A program made the translations under genes and the position numbers. Shown in pieces: positions 47,501 to 55,523 of a DNA stretch of 64,000 nucleotides. How positions within the stretch are numbered: position 1 is the first letter of the stretch; each line of letters starts with the position of its first letter. A model generated the notes under the pieces. It ran no database searches and was not told the origin of the DNA. It saw nothing but the letters and a program-made list of their open reading frames with translations. The DNA lies in contig CAVYDB010000049.1 of NCBI GenBank assembly GCA_963767125.1, positions 125,171 through 189,170 of the forward strand, written 5' to 3'. The stretch comes from an uncultured Bacteroidota bacterium. GTDB taxonomy: Bacteria > Bacteroidota > Bacteroidia > JABEUT01.

Positions 47501-48440
47501 CCTGAGGTCCTCCACCAATATAGGAGCCGGAATCTCCTGTGAAATTAATCAGGTCCTTATAATTCATTCCATTAGTTTGAACCGAAAATATATTTCCTAA
47601 ACTTGATTGATATCCCTGAGTCATTCCGTAAAGAATATTGCCTGAAAGGATAAGGGAGCCATTTGGGTATATACCAATATATGACCCAGTGTCTCCCGTA
47701 AAATCAAATAAATCCTTATAATTTGTTCCGTTGGTTTGAATCGAAAAGAGGTTTCCATCTCTGTATATTCCCCCAAATTCCGTCATTCCGTAAAGGGTGT
47801 CCCCAGAAAGTGTAAGGGATCCCGAAGGATATCTACCGAGAGAAGTGCCCGAAATTCCCGAAAAATCAAGCAAGTCCTTAAAATTTGTTCCATTGAGTTG
47901 AACCGAAAATATATTTCCATCAACATCTATTCCTCCTTCTTCGGTCATTCCGTACATAGTGTCTCCTGAAAGTATAAGTGAACCGCGAGGATACAAACCG
48001 GTATAAGAGCCATTAGTTCCAGTAAAATTAACTGAATTTTTATAATTCGTTCCGTTGGTTTGAACGGAAAAAATATTTCCGCCGCCATAACCTCCTCCCC
48101 CTTCATAAGTCATTCCGTAAAGGGTATCACCTGAAAGAATAAAAGAACTGCATGGCTGCCCGCCATAATAGGGTCCGACGATTCCTGTAAAATCAATCAA
48201 GTCTTTATAATTAGTTCCGTTAGTCTGAATCGAAAAAATGTTTCCAACTCCATTTATTCCGCTACCACCAATCATTCCATAAAGGGTATCTGATGATAGA
48301 ATCAGTGAACCTTCCGACCATTCACCCGGATGAGAGCCGGAGCTACCTGTAAAATCAACTAAATCGGTATATTGGGCTTCACCAGTTCCAATTCCTAAGA
48401 AGAATAAAGCCAAAACAAAAAGTAATTTTATTTCTTTCAT
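44508..48440 (-). CDS. Giant (1310 aa) T9SS-secreted protein. Architecture is signal peptide, N-terminal GloVer-type beta-propeller repeats, SprB repeats, a glycine-rich module, SprB repeats and a type-A T9SS C-terminal sorting domain.
   Basis: The signal peptide is MKEIKLLFVLALFFLGIGTGEA. N-terminal repeats read ...GNIFSVQTNGTNYKDL.DFTG..GSY.G..P.GSLILSG..LYGMT. The same Gly-rich module as gene 2 is present (NFTFNSAEQHFIVPPG...). The C-terminus reads ...LTVYPNPSQGIFTISL...NGIYLYRVLKETGKLVGEGKIVVER. Confidence 0.9.
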   Translation of the reverse strand: MKEIKLLFVLALFFLGIGTGEAQYTDLVDFTGSSGSHPGEWSEGSLILSSDTLYGMIGGSGINGVGNIFSIQTNGTNYKDLIDFTGIVGPYYGGQPCSSFILSGDTLYGMTYEGGGGYGGGNIFSVQTNGTNYKNSVNFTGTNGSYTGLYPRGSLILSGDTMYGMTEEGGIDVDGNIFSVQLNGTNFKDLLDFSGISGTSLGRYPSGSLTLSGDTLYGMTEFGGIYRDGNLFSIQTNGTNYKDLFDFTGDTGSYIGIYPNGSLILSGNILYGMTQGYQSSLGNIFSVQTNGMNYKDLINFTGDSGSYIGGGPQGSLTLSGNILYGTASYGGTHGYGNIFSVRTNGTNYKDLMDFTGDTGSYIGANPTGSLILSNNICYGIDQTGGAYGLGNIFSFVLFNSTTTTINNVTCNSRSDGSASVTENSGTPPYTYFWSPSGGSDSIASGLRAGTYTVTVTDNTGLTGSAAITITQPAAIGVTTTIISNVTNCNSSNGSISVSVTGGSSPYTYQWNDSNDQTTDTATGLSAGTYIVTITDNNGCTSFASNTFTLPNVSSDSATIISNVTCHGGNNGSATVLVAGGGNVVINFTFNSAEQHFIVPPGINTVSINIGGARGGNPTGRGGSLAGGNGASFTGTCMVIPGDDLSVVVGQKGGSGTFAGGGGGASWVYDSNIVLYNPSGTAGLLATAGGGGGGSYASGSDSGLFYTGGSGGINLVNNATTNGIGGSDTGGIDGNGGITFLVSGGPPGSGPGAGGGWLSNGENAGGIRKAQGGKDEANIFSEVIGYPGEGVGGFGGGGGGGYSTDLDNAAGFGGGGGGYNGGGGGNLGGGGGGSYFINTSPIVTATDTGNGFVTISYTYGTFPPYTYLWSNGETTETATGLSAGVYTVAVEDSLGCTATTSVTITQPLLLTDSITAINNARCQGINNGSVTITVSGGSSPYTYLWSDAASQTSATASRLSGGIYTVTVTDSRGCTTTTSATVTQPAPLGGSAIAVNVPCYADTTGGMASAMVTGGTPPYTYSWSQGGTTSTITGLTLGYYSVYITDNCGLSSIGFGNLLVWIPNFIAIYVRDSVNVSCYGGNNGIAFSRTSGGVPPYSYLWSDANSQTTATATGLSAGTYSITATDSNSCMAWVSVTVTQPSTLNIAADSSKDNGSCNGTAWVRVNGGVNPYTYNWNPSGLTTDTIKNQCAGDYCCTVTDANGCMQSVCVNIPVSTETNELKGENGGLTVYPNPSQGIFTISLSDAELVSASQSGIEIYNVLGEKIYFATLNQVQGDNIINLSSQPNGIYLYRVLKETGKLVGEGKIVVER

Positions 48441-48509
48441 GGCGTTAGATTTTGAACAGTAAAGATAAGGATATTTTTAAAATCAAAAATAAAAATGAAG
48501 GCTACTTAA

Positions 48510-48680
48510 GATTTTGTGCCGTTTCTCTATTATTTGCCGTCTGCTTTAGCTGACGGAAACAGAATAGCATAATATGAAGGGGCTTTAGCCCTACAACTAT
48601 TTTGGCTAAAGCCATTTTTAGGATTGACTTTTTGTCCGTCTGCTTTAGCAGACGGCAATTGAAAACCTCATTTAGGGGTT
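48510..48680. repeat. Two adjacent REP-like repeat copies in opposite orientation, homologs of 30130-30205, containing the CCGTCTGCTTTAGCAGACGG palindrome
   Basis: The reverse complement of 48510-48588 aligns to 30130-30205. A second, forward partial copy sits at 48600-48680. Confidence 0.55.
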
Positions 48681-48720
48681 TGGTGCTGAGATGCTTTTAT
48701 ATATCAGCATCACTTAAATC

Positions 48721-49774
48721 TTATAAAGCAGTAGTATATTTCCTCCACTTTTCAATTACCTCCTGCATATCATCGGGCAAGGGCGATTCAAAGTACATTT
48801 CTTTGCCTGTGGTAGGGTGTGTAAACCCTAATGACATGGCATGTAGCGCCTGGCGTGGGATTATGGAAAAACAGTTTTCTACAAATTTGCTATACTTGGC
48901 TGTAACCTGTCCCCGGAGTATTTTATTGCCTCCATACACTTCATCGTTAAAAATGGGGTGCTTTAGATATTGCATGTGTACCCTGTATCTGGTGGGTACG
49001 TCCGGTTTCAAGCCGGCATTCTAAAAGTGTTACATAGTGAAACCGTTCCAGATACTTTATAATGAGTTACTGGCGCTTCGTCCATGGGTACCATCAGGGA
49101 AAACAGCCATTTTTTTACGGTCTTTATGGTCTCTGCCTACATGCGCATTTACGGTTCCCTTCGTCTTCCTGAAAGTCGCCCCAGGCCAAAGCAATATATT
49201 TGCGCATCACCTTTTTTTCATGGAACTCTTTTGCCAGCCTGGTCATTGCCCTGTCGTTTTTGGCAATTACAAGCAAGCCTGAAGTATTTTTATCTATCCG
49301 GTGAATAAGCCCGGGGCGCAATTCCCGGAAAGGGTCTTTACTTACATGGGTAGATTTGGGAAGGTTGCCCACATAATGCACAAGGGCATTCATAAGTGTT
49401 CCGGTAAAGTTTCCCACACCGGGATGAACTACCATTCCGGCAGCTTTGTTAATCACCATCAGGTCCGCATCTTCATACACTATATTCAATGGAATATCTT
49501 CTGGAATAAGTTCAATTTCCCTTTTTGGGTAAGGAAATACCACGCTGATTTCATCGGCAGGTCTAACCTTATAACTGGATTTGCTTGTTTTTCCATTTAC
49601 CAGCACATTGCCCTCTTCAACGGCATATTGGATACGGGTACGGGTGGCATTCTCAATTTTATGAAGAAGGAACTTATCAATACGCAAGGGTTCCTGACCC
49701 GGGTCAACCTTAAATGAAAAATGTTCATAGAGGTCCTTGTCATCACTTACGCCGTCTAATCCTTCGGGGTTCAT
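48721..49774 (-). pseudogene. RluA-family (RluD-like) pseudouridine synthase disrupted by several frameshifts between ~49011 and ~49130
   Basis: The 49124-49774 ORF carries the S4 and catalytic regions (...HRIDKNTSGLLVIAKN...). The 48721-49011 ORF carries the C-terminal part (...RVHMQYLKHPIFNDEVYGG...). In between, three reading frames each encode pieces of the expected sequence (GRDHKDRKKMAVFPDG / VTHYKV / [22 protein letters not shown]). Confidence 0.55.
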
Positions 49775-49849
49775 AGTTCAGTAATAATAATAAAAAAGGG
49801 ATACCCTACAAGAGGGCTCCCCTTTTATTCTAATAAATTTGCTATTTGA

Positions 49850-50088
49850 TGCTTACTTTGCTCCTTTAGCAGAGTCAGCCATGTGAGCAGAGTCAGCTTT
49901 CATTTTGGCAGTCATAGAATCTTGCTTCATCTTCATCATGGAGGCAGCTTGAGCAGCTTTCGTAGAGTCAGCCATGTGAGCAGAGTCAGCTTTCATCTTG
50001 TCCAGCTTTCGCTTTGTCTTCAGCGCTTGGACCGCATGCGATAAATGCTAACATGCTTGCAGCAGTAGCAATAGTCACTAATTTTTTC
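49850..50088 (-). CDS. Putative small lipoprotein with a KMKADSAHMADS repeat, low confidence. The lipoprotein signal (MKKLVTIATAASMLAFIAC) reaches a stop after 36 aa, and the repeat region continues in the +1 frame.
   Basis: A 34-bp perfect direct repeat (GTAGAGTCAGCCATGTGAGCAGAGTCAGCTTTCAT) lies at ~49862 and ~49963. A lipobox is present. Confidence 0.25.
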
Positions 50089-50185
50089 ATTTTTTGTGTA
50101 GGTTTGATGGATTAAAATAGGGCGCAAAAGTATAAAAATTTTTTATATCCAAGCATTTTTTTAATTTATTTTTAAAATTCTTCAT

Positions 50186-52213
50186 TTATTTCTGGATAAT
50201 AACGAATTCTGTACGGCGGTTTTTCTGCCTCCCTTCTTCGGTATCATTCCTTGCTACCGGGTTTGCTGCACCATACCCCTGAAAGCTAAGCCTTTCGCCC
50301 GCAATACCTTCTTTTACAAGGGCTTGCATAACAGTAAATGCCCTGTCGGAGGATAGTGCCAGGTTCGATTGGTCATTGCCTACGTTATCGGTATAACCGG
50401 CTATTTTAACCTTTATCGAGGGATTATCTTTCATAAATTTAGCAAATTCCTTCAGCACAGCTACCGAAACCGGCTCAAGTTGAGCTGAATTGGTTTGATA
50501 ATACATATTATTCAGCACATAATTTCCCCCGGAAGAAAGGGGCTTCATGGAAAAATCTACACTCAGGGGTTTCCCGGTAAAAGTATCTTTGGTAGTAATA
50601 ATACCTGAATTAAAGGCATATCCTTTTTTATTTACCGTAGCCACATATTCCTGGCTTTGAGATTCATTTACCACGGCTGCATACGATGCATTGACAGTAT
50701 CGCTGATTACGGCTGCGGTTTTATGGGTCTTTATATCAGTAATAGTAATAGTAGCCCCCATGAGTTCGCTGCCATCCTGGTCGGTTATTTTGCCTTTAAT
50801 AAAAGCAACCTTTTCGGGACGTGCTTCCTTATATAGGTCAAACTGGTAAATATCATAGCCACCCATATTTTCATGATTGGTACGGTAGGGGTCATCGGAA
50901 CAGAAATATCCCGTTTTGCCGTCGGTGCTGACAAAAAATCCAACTTCATCTTGCCCTGAATTAATTGGGTAACCTATATTTTTAGGTTCTGTCCATTTCC
51001 CGTTTGAATCCATCCGGGAATAAAAAATATCGTATCCCCCAACCCCCGGCCATCCATCAGAAGAAAAATAAAGGGTATGGCTATCGGAGTGTATAAAAGG
51101 GCTTTTTTCATTGCCCGGGGTATTAATACCCGGGCCCAGGTTTACTGCCCCACCCCAGTTTCCCGTGGCCGGGTCTTTCGTTGTTTTGTAAATGTCGCAT
51201 TTTCCCATGCCTCCCGGCCGGTCACTGGAGAAAAAGAGGGTTTGCCCATCTGATGAAACACTGGGCTGGCTATTCCACCATGAGGGATCGTTAACCCTTG
51301 AACCGAGGTTTTTAATTTCGCCCCATTCTCCTCCTCTATAGTCACTGCAATAAATTTGGCAGCTGGTGCCTCCGTCGGCAGATGACTGGCATATAGTAAA
51401 ATACAGGTGATTATTATCAATGGTAATAGTAGGTCCCCCTTCATTCCTTCCGAGATTAAAAGGGGCTTGGAGGGGCTCACCGGGTTCAAAAGTGCCATCG
51501 GGCAAACGATGGCTTACCATAAAATACTCCTTCATATTGTCCTGGGCCATTAATGCTGTGTTATGGCTTTGTTTTACAGGCAACCTACGGGTAAAGAAAG
51601 CAAGCTGGTTATCAGGCGATATAATAGCCAGGTACTCATTGTAAGAAGTACAAAGATTTTTTACCATGTGGGGCTCGAAAGGGACTTTATTAGTAAAAAG
51701 GTCACGGTAAAACCTGGCCGATTTAAGTTTTTGTTTGGCATCGTATATAAAATCATCGTAACTTTTAGAGAACTTTTTGACGTCCTCATCTTTAAAGTCG
51801 ATAAATTTTTGAAGATAGGTAACGGCATCGGCATATTTGTTTGCCTCGTAATAATCTATTCCCAAATAGTAATATGGGTCAGAGTGATAATGAGGGCAGG
51901 TGTTCACCACCGTCAGAAAATAAGGAACTGCCGGGTCGAATGAAGATTGGTTAAGAAAGGCTGTTTTAATGTATTCTTCGGCTAAAGCAAAATTAGCAGG
52001 TACATAATCCGGTACCAACTCAATGGCTTGCTTAAGGGCTTGAATTCTTTCTTCCTTTTGGTATTTTCTTTTATCCGTTCCTTTGCTATATAGCTCAATG
52101 GCTTTTTTGTCATCTGTTTGTCCGCAGGAGGAATCTTGCTGGGCAAATAATCCCCATCCCTGGAAACTTAATAAAATAAGTAAAACTGCTTTTATAAGAG
52201 AAAAAGGATTCAT
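50186..52213 (-). CDS. OmpA-family protein with an N-terminal TPR-like region, TolB-like (PD40) beta-propeller, carboxypeptidase-regulatory-like domain and a C-terminal OmpA peptidoglycan-binding domain
   Basis: The C-terminus (...AGYTDNVGNDQSNLALSSDRAFTVMQALV...NRRTEFVII) is a canonical OmpA_C. The middle region has repeated DG..L.FSSDR / G..DI motifs. Confidence 0.85.
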   Translation of the reverse strand: MNPFSLIKAVLLILLSFQGWGLFAQQDSSCGQTDDKKAIELYSKGTDKRKYQKEERIQALKQAIELVPDYVPANFALAEEYIKTAFLNQSSFDPAVPYFLTVVNTCPHYHSDPYYYLGIDYYEANKYADAVTYLQKFIDFKDEDVKKFSKSYDDFIYDAKQKLKSARFYRDLFTNKVPFEPHMVKNLCTSYNEYLAIISPDNQLAFFTRRLPVKQSHNTALMAQDNMKEYFMVSHRLPDGTFEPGEPLQAPFNLGRNEGGPTITIDNNHLYFTICQSSADGGTSCQIYCSDYRGGEWGEIKNLGSRVNDPSWWNSQPSVSSDGQTLFFSSDRPGGMGKCDIYKTTKDPATGNWGGAVNLGPGINTPGNEKSPFIHSDSHTLYFSSDGWPGVGGYDIFYSRMDSNGKWTEPKNIGYPINSGQDEVGFFVSTDGKTGYFCSDDPYRTNHENMGGYDIYQFDLYKEARPEKVAFIKGKITDQDGSELMGATITITDIKTHKTAAVISDTVNASYAAVVNESQSQEYVATVNKKGYAFNSGIITTKDTFTGKPLSVDFSMKPLSSGGNYVLNNMYYQTNSAQLEPVSVAVLKEFAKFMKDNPSIKVKIAGYTDNVGNDQSNLALSSDRAFTVMQALVKEGIAGERLSFQGYGAANPVARNDTEEGRQKNRRTEFVIIQK

Positions 52214-52493
52214 TAAGCGTTAAAGTATAGAACCCAAAATTACGAAGTACAAAAGAAATGAGAAGGGAAAGTTTTACACAGAAAATTTTTCCGTATTATT
52301 TTATATTATTTAAAGCCTCTTCAAGGCTGTTCATATTTTAATATGCAAAATAGGTGCCGCTATGTATTCTGCTTTATTAAAAGTTGGTATGAAACATGCA
52401 CTATAGCCGCATTCTCAGGAACTTTTTTTACCCGTAAATAGGGCAGAAACGGCTATGCAAATAGCCATCTCTGCCTGCAAATAATAATCGGGC

Positions 52494-52925
52494 TTACCTG
52501 GAATTTGCCTGGGAAGATGATACGGGGTCTGGCAATACATTCCCCTTTATAACTAAAATTTTAGGAGAATTGCCAGCATTGCTTGTAACGGTAACTGTTT
52601 TTGTAAATTGTCCTATTCTGTCTGTAGCATAATGAACTTTAATTTCAGCCGTTTGTCCCGGTTGAATAGGCTCTTTGGGGGCGGTAGGAACGGTGCATCC
52701 GCATGAACCATGTGTTTCACTGATAATCAAAGGTTCTTTTCCCGTATTGGTAAATGTAAAGGCGCGGTAGCCATCAGCATTGTGAGGAATGGTTCCATAA
52801 TCAACCGTGTCCCGTTGAAAGGAAATTACGGGAGCATTAGGGTTTGTGGCTGCTGTTTGGGCTTTCAGGGTTCCGGTTAATGTTAGGCTTAGTAACATGA
52901 TTGCCGATAAGATTAATTTTTTCAT
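52494..52925 (-). CDS. DUF1573-domain secreted protein
   Basis: It has a signal peptide and the ...FDYGTI...F.F.NTG..PL.I......CGCT motif. The start was chosen at the ATG at 52925. Confidence 0.65.
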   Translation of the reverse strand: MKKLILSAIMLLSLTLTGTLKAQTAATNPNAPVISFQRDTVDYGTIPHNADGYRAFTFTNTGKEPLIISETHGSCGCTVPTAPKEPIQPGQTAEIKVHYATDRIGQFTKTVTVTSNAGNSPKILVIKGNVLPDPVSSSQANSR

Positions 52926-53074
52926 ACTGTTTAATTTTTTAAAATTGTTATTATTAATTTGATGGGGCAAACATAAGTCGTGCTGTTACGCTTGCCTGTT
53001 AATGAGTTGCCAATGTTTGTTAATGAACTGTTAATGAAGTTGCACCAAAGAGGAAATGAGGCTAAATTGCAGCG

Positions 53075-53479
53075 ATGAGAAAAAACACTATCCGGTTTAT
53101 TGTTCTGTTAGGGGCTATTTCGGTAGCGGGAATTATCCTTATCCAGATTTATTGGGTACGAAAAGCCTTTGACCTGAAAGAAAAGCAATTTAATCAAACC
53201 ATACAAATTGCGCTGCGGGATGTAGCTGAAAAAATGGCTCAATACGGGCAGTTCTCATTGCCTTCAACAGACCTGATTAATCAGGTATCTTCGGATTATT
53301 ATGCCGTAAACCTTAATAATGCAATTGATGCAAAAATTCTTCAATATTATTTAATCAACGAATTTGAGAAGATGGGAATCAATACCGATTTTGAATATGG
53401 AATATATGATTGCAGCAGCGATAAAATGGTGTATGGTAATTATGTGAGTGCAAAAGGACAGTTGAAAATAAACCGGTGA
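53075..53479 (+). CDS. N-terminal fragment (TM plus sensor region) of a sensor histidine kinase, separated from its kinase core by frame disruptions
   Basis: It ends at a TGA at 53477. The downstream sequence continues in another frame (VENKPVKPHCLKWISSLITL) with an in-frame TAA at 53521, then a TM helix (MDNWVITSFILLFVIVFFSYALFIIF), then a second shift into the kinase frame. Confidence 0.5.
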   Translation: MRKNTIRFIVLLGAISVAGIILIQIYWVRKAFDLKEKQFNQTIQIALRDVAEKMAQYGQFSLPSTDLINQVSSDYYAVNLNNAIDAKILQYYLINEFEKMGINTDFEYGIYDCSSDKMVYGNYVSAKGQLKINR

Positions 53480-53570
53480 AACCGCATTGCCTAAAATGGA
53501 TAAGCTCACTTATTACTTTGTAATTTATTTTCCCGAACGCTCTTCCTATATTACCAAGTAAAATGGATAA

Positions 53571-54338
53571 TTGGGTAATTACTTCTTTTATTTTGCTTTT
53601 TGTAATTGTATTTTTCTCCTATGCTTTATTTATAATCTTCGCCAAAGAAGGCTTTCAGAGGTACAAAAAGATTTTATCAATAATATGACCCATGAATTTA
53701 AAACACCCATATCGACTATTGCAGTTGCTTCCGAAACTATTTCGCAGCCTGCTATTATTAATACTCCCGAAAGGCTTTTCACTTATTCGGGGATAATTCA
53801 TGAAGAGGCTGCACGGCTAAATCGGCAGGTAGAAAGGGTATTGCAAACAGCAAAAGCCGAAAGAAGAGAATTCCGGTTGAACAAAGAAAAGGTTGATTTG
53901 CACGAATTGATTAATGCAATTGTAGAAAGTTTTAATGTTAATACAAAAAATAATAAAGATGAAATTAAATTGAATTTGGGAGCAACTGATTACACTATCA
54001 TGGCAGATAAACACCATTTAACGAATGTTATTTTTAATTTATTGGATAATGCTGTGAAATACTCCGGTGAAAGCCCTGTAGTTACTATTGAAACTATGAA
54101 TGAAGGAAACAAAATTTTACTTTCTGTAAGTGACGAGGGAATAGGGATTAAAAAAGAATACATGGAGAAAATATTTGAAAAATTTTTCCGCGTGCCTTCC
54201 GGAAATATTCATAATGTAAAAGGGTTTGGGCTTGGATTAAGCTATGTAAAAAGCATTGCCAGGTCTCATCGCTGGAGAATAAAAGTGAAAAGTGAGCCCG
54301 GGAAAGGGAGTACATTTACCTTACTAATACCTGTTTAA
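53571..54338 (+). CDS. Histidine kinase catalytic core (HisKA plus HATPase_c) fragment of the same disrupted sensor kinase
   Basis: The H-box reads FINNMTHEFKTPISTI. The ATPase part reads NLLDNAVKYSG...DEGIGI...GFGLGLSYVKSI. Confidence 0.6.
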   Translation: MGNYFFYFAFCNCIFLLCFIYNLRQRRLSEVQKDFINNMTHEFKTPISTIAVASETISQPAIINTPERLFTYSGIIHEEAARLNRQVERVLQTAKAERREFRLNKEKVDLHELINAIVESFNVNTKNNKDEIKLNLGATDYTIMADKHHLTNVIFNLLDNAVKYSGESPVVTIETMNEGNKILLSVSDEGIGIKKEYMEKIFEKFFRVPSGNIHNVKGFGLGLSYVKSIARSHRWRIKVKSEPGKGSTFTLLIPV

Positions 54339-54342
54339 TCAG

Positions 54343-55068
54343 ATGAAAGATAGCAAAGCGAACATTTTATATGTGGAAGATGATATTAATCTGGGTTTCG
54401 TAACTACCGATAACCTTACTATGACGGGGTATTCCACGACTTATTGCAAAGATGGAAAAACAGGATTGGAAACTTTTACCAAAGGTATTTCTTCGGACAA
54501 AAAAGGAAAATTTGATTTGTGCATTTTAGATGTGATGCTGCCCGAAATGGATGGATTTGAACTTGCAAGGGAAATCCGTAAAATGAATAGCGATATTCCT
54601 ATTATATTTCTGACCGCAAAAACCATGAAGGAAGATAAAATTACGGGATTCCAAACCGGGGCAGATGATTATATCACCAAGCCTTTCAGCATTGAAGAGT
54701 TAATTCTGCGTATTGAAGTTTTTCTCAAACGAAGCAGGATGGCAGAGCCATTGGGAGCAGTGGAGAGCATTTTTGAAATTGGAAAATATCAATTTAATTT
54801 CAATACTCTCACGTTGACTATTGGAAAACAACAGAATATACTTACTATGAAGGAAGCAGAGTTGCTGAGATACTTTTGCATAAACAAAGATAAAATACTT
54901 AAACGGGAAGAAATACTCCGAGCTGTTTGGGGTGATGATGACTATTTTATGGGCAGAAGCCTGGATGTCTTTATTTCAAGGTTACGGAAATTCTTACAAA
55001 ATGACCAAAAAATTCAACTTGAAAATATTCATAGTGTTGGGTTTAGGTTATCGGTTCGTGGTAAATAA
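54343..55068 (+). CDS. OmpR-family (winged-helix) response regulator, probable partner of the upstream kinase (RprY-like)
   Basis: The receiver carries D-box ILDVMLPEMDG. The C-terminal trans_reg_C reads (...LTMKEAELLRYF...VWG......RSLDVFISRLRK). Confidence 0.9.
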   Translation: MKDSKANILYVEDDINLGFVTTDNLTMTGYSTTYCKDGKTGLETFTKGISSDKKGKFDLCILDVMLPEMDGFELAREIRKMNSDIPIIFLTAKTMKEDKITGFQTGADDYITKPFSIEELILRIEVFLKRSRMAEPLGAVESIFEIGKYQFNFNTLTLTIGKQQNILTMKEAELLRYFCINKDKILKREEILRAVWGDDDYFMGRSLDVFISRLRKFLQNDQKIQLENIHSVGFRLSVRGK

Positions 55069-55111
55069 CTGTGTAAATATATTTTATGTAATTTTGTAAA
55101 AAGTACAACAG

Positions 55112-55357
55112 ATGAAGGCTATTGAGACAACCGGACAAATTGAAAAATCGGGTATGGTGAAATTAGACAGCCCGATTAATTTACATACTAAATAAAAAGT
55201 ACGGGTTATTATCCTTTATAATGAGGAGGAAGATATGAACGAAAAATTATGGCTTTCTTCCATTTCATCTAACGCTGCATTTGAATTGTTAAAGGACACT
55301 AAAGAAGATATTTATTCTATTACTGACGGCAAGCCAATCATGCCAATTAAAAACTGA
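55112..55357 (+). pseudogene. AbrB/MazE-like small ORF (81 codons) interrupted by an in-frame TAA at 55193, low confidence
   Basis: MKAIETTGQIEKSGMVKLDSPINLHTK*KVRVIILYNEEEDMNEKLW...DIYSITDGKPIMPIKN; no toxin partner is seen downstream. Confidence 0.2.
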
Positions 55358-55523
55358 AATCCAGCATAAATTGGCTTTGCTTTTTGAATTACCATAGGAA
55401 TATACATCCTTATATTTCAGGTTATTAATTCCGGAACCGTGTGAATACTTATCTTAAAGTTTTTCAAAGTCAAAATTTCAAGCCAAAAATGATACCTTTG
55501 AATTTAAAATATACCTACCATTT

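Noticed and set aside
55215-55240. Apparent strong Shine-Dalgarno (AGGAGGAAGATATG) ahead of a 40-aa ORF
   Set aside because: It is in frame with an upstream 27-codon ORF and simply encodes Glu-Glu-Glu-Asp of one AbrB-like reading frame interrupted by a TAA. Bacteroidota do not normally use SD sites.
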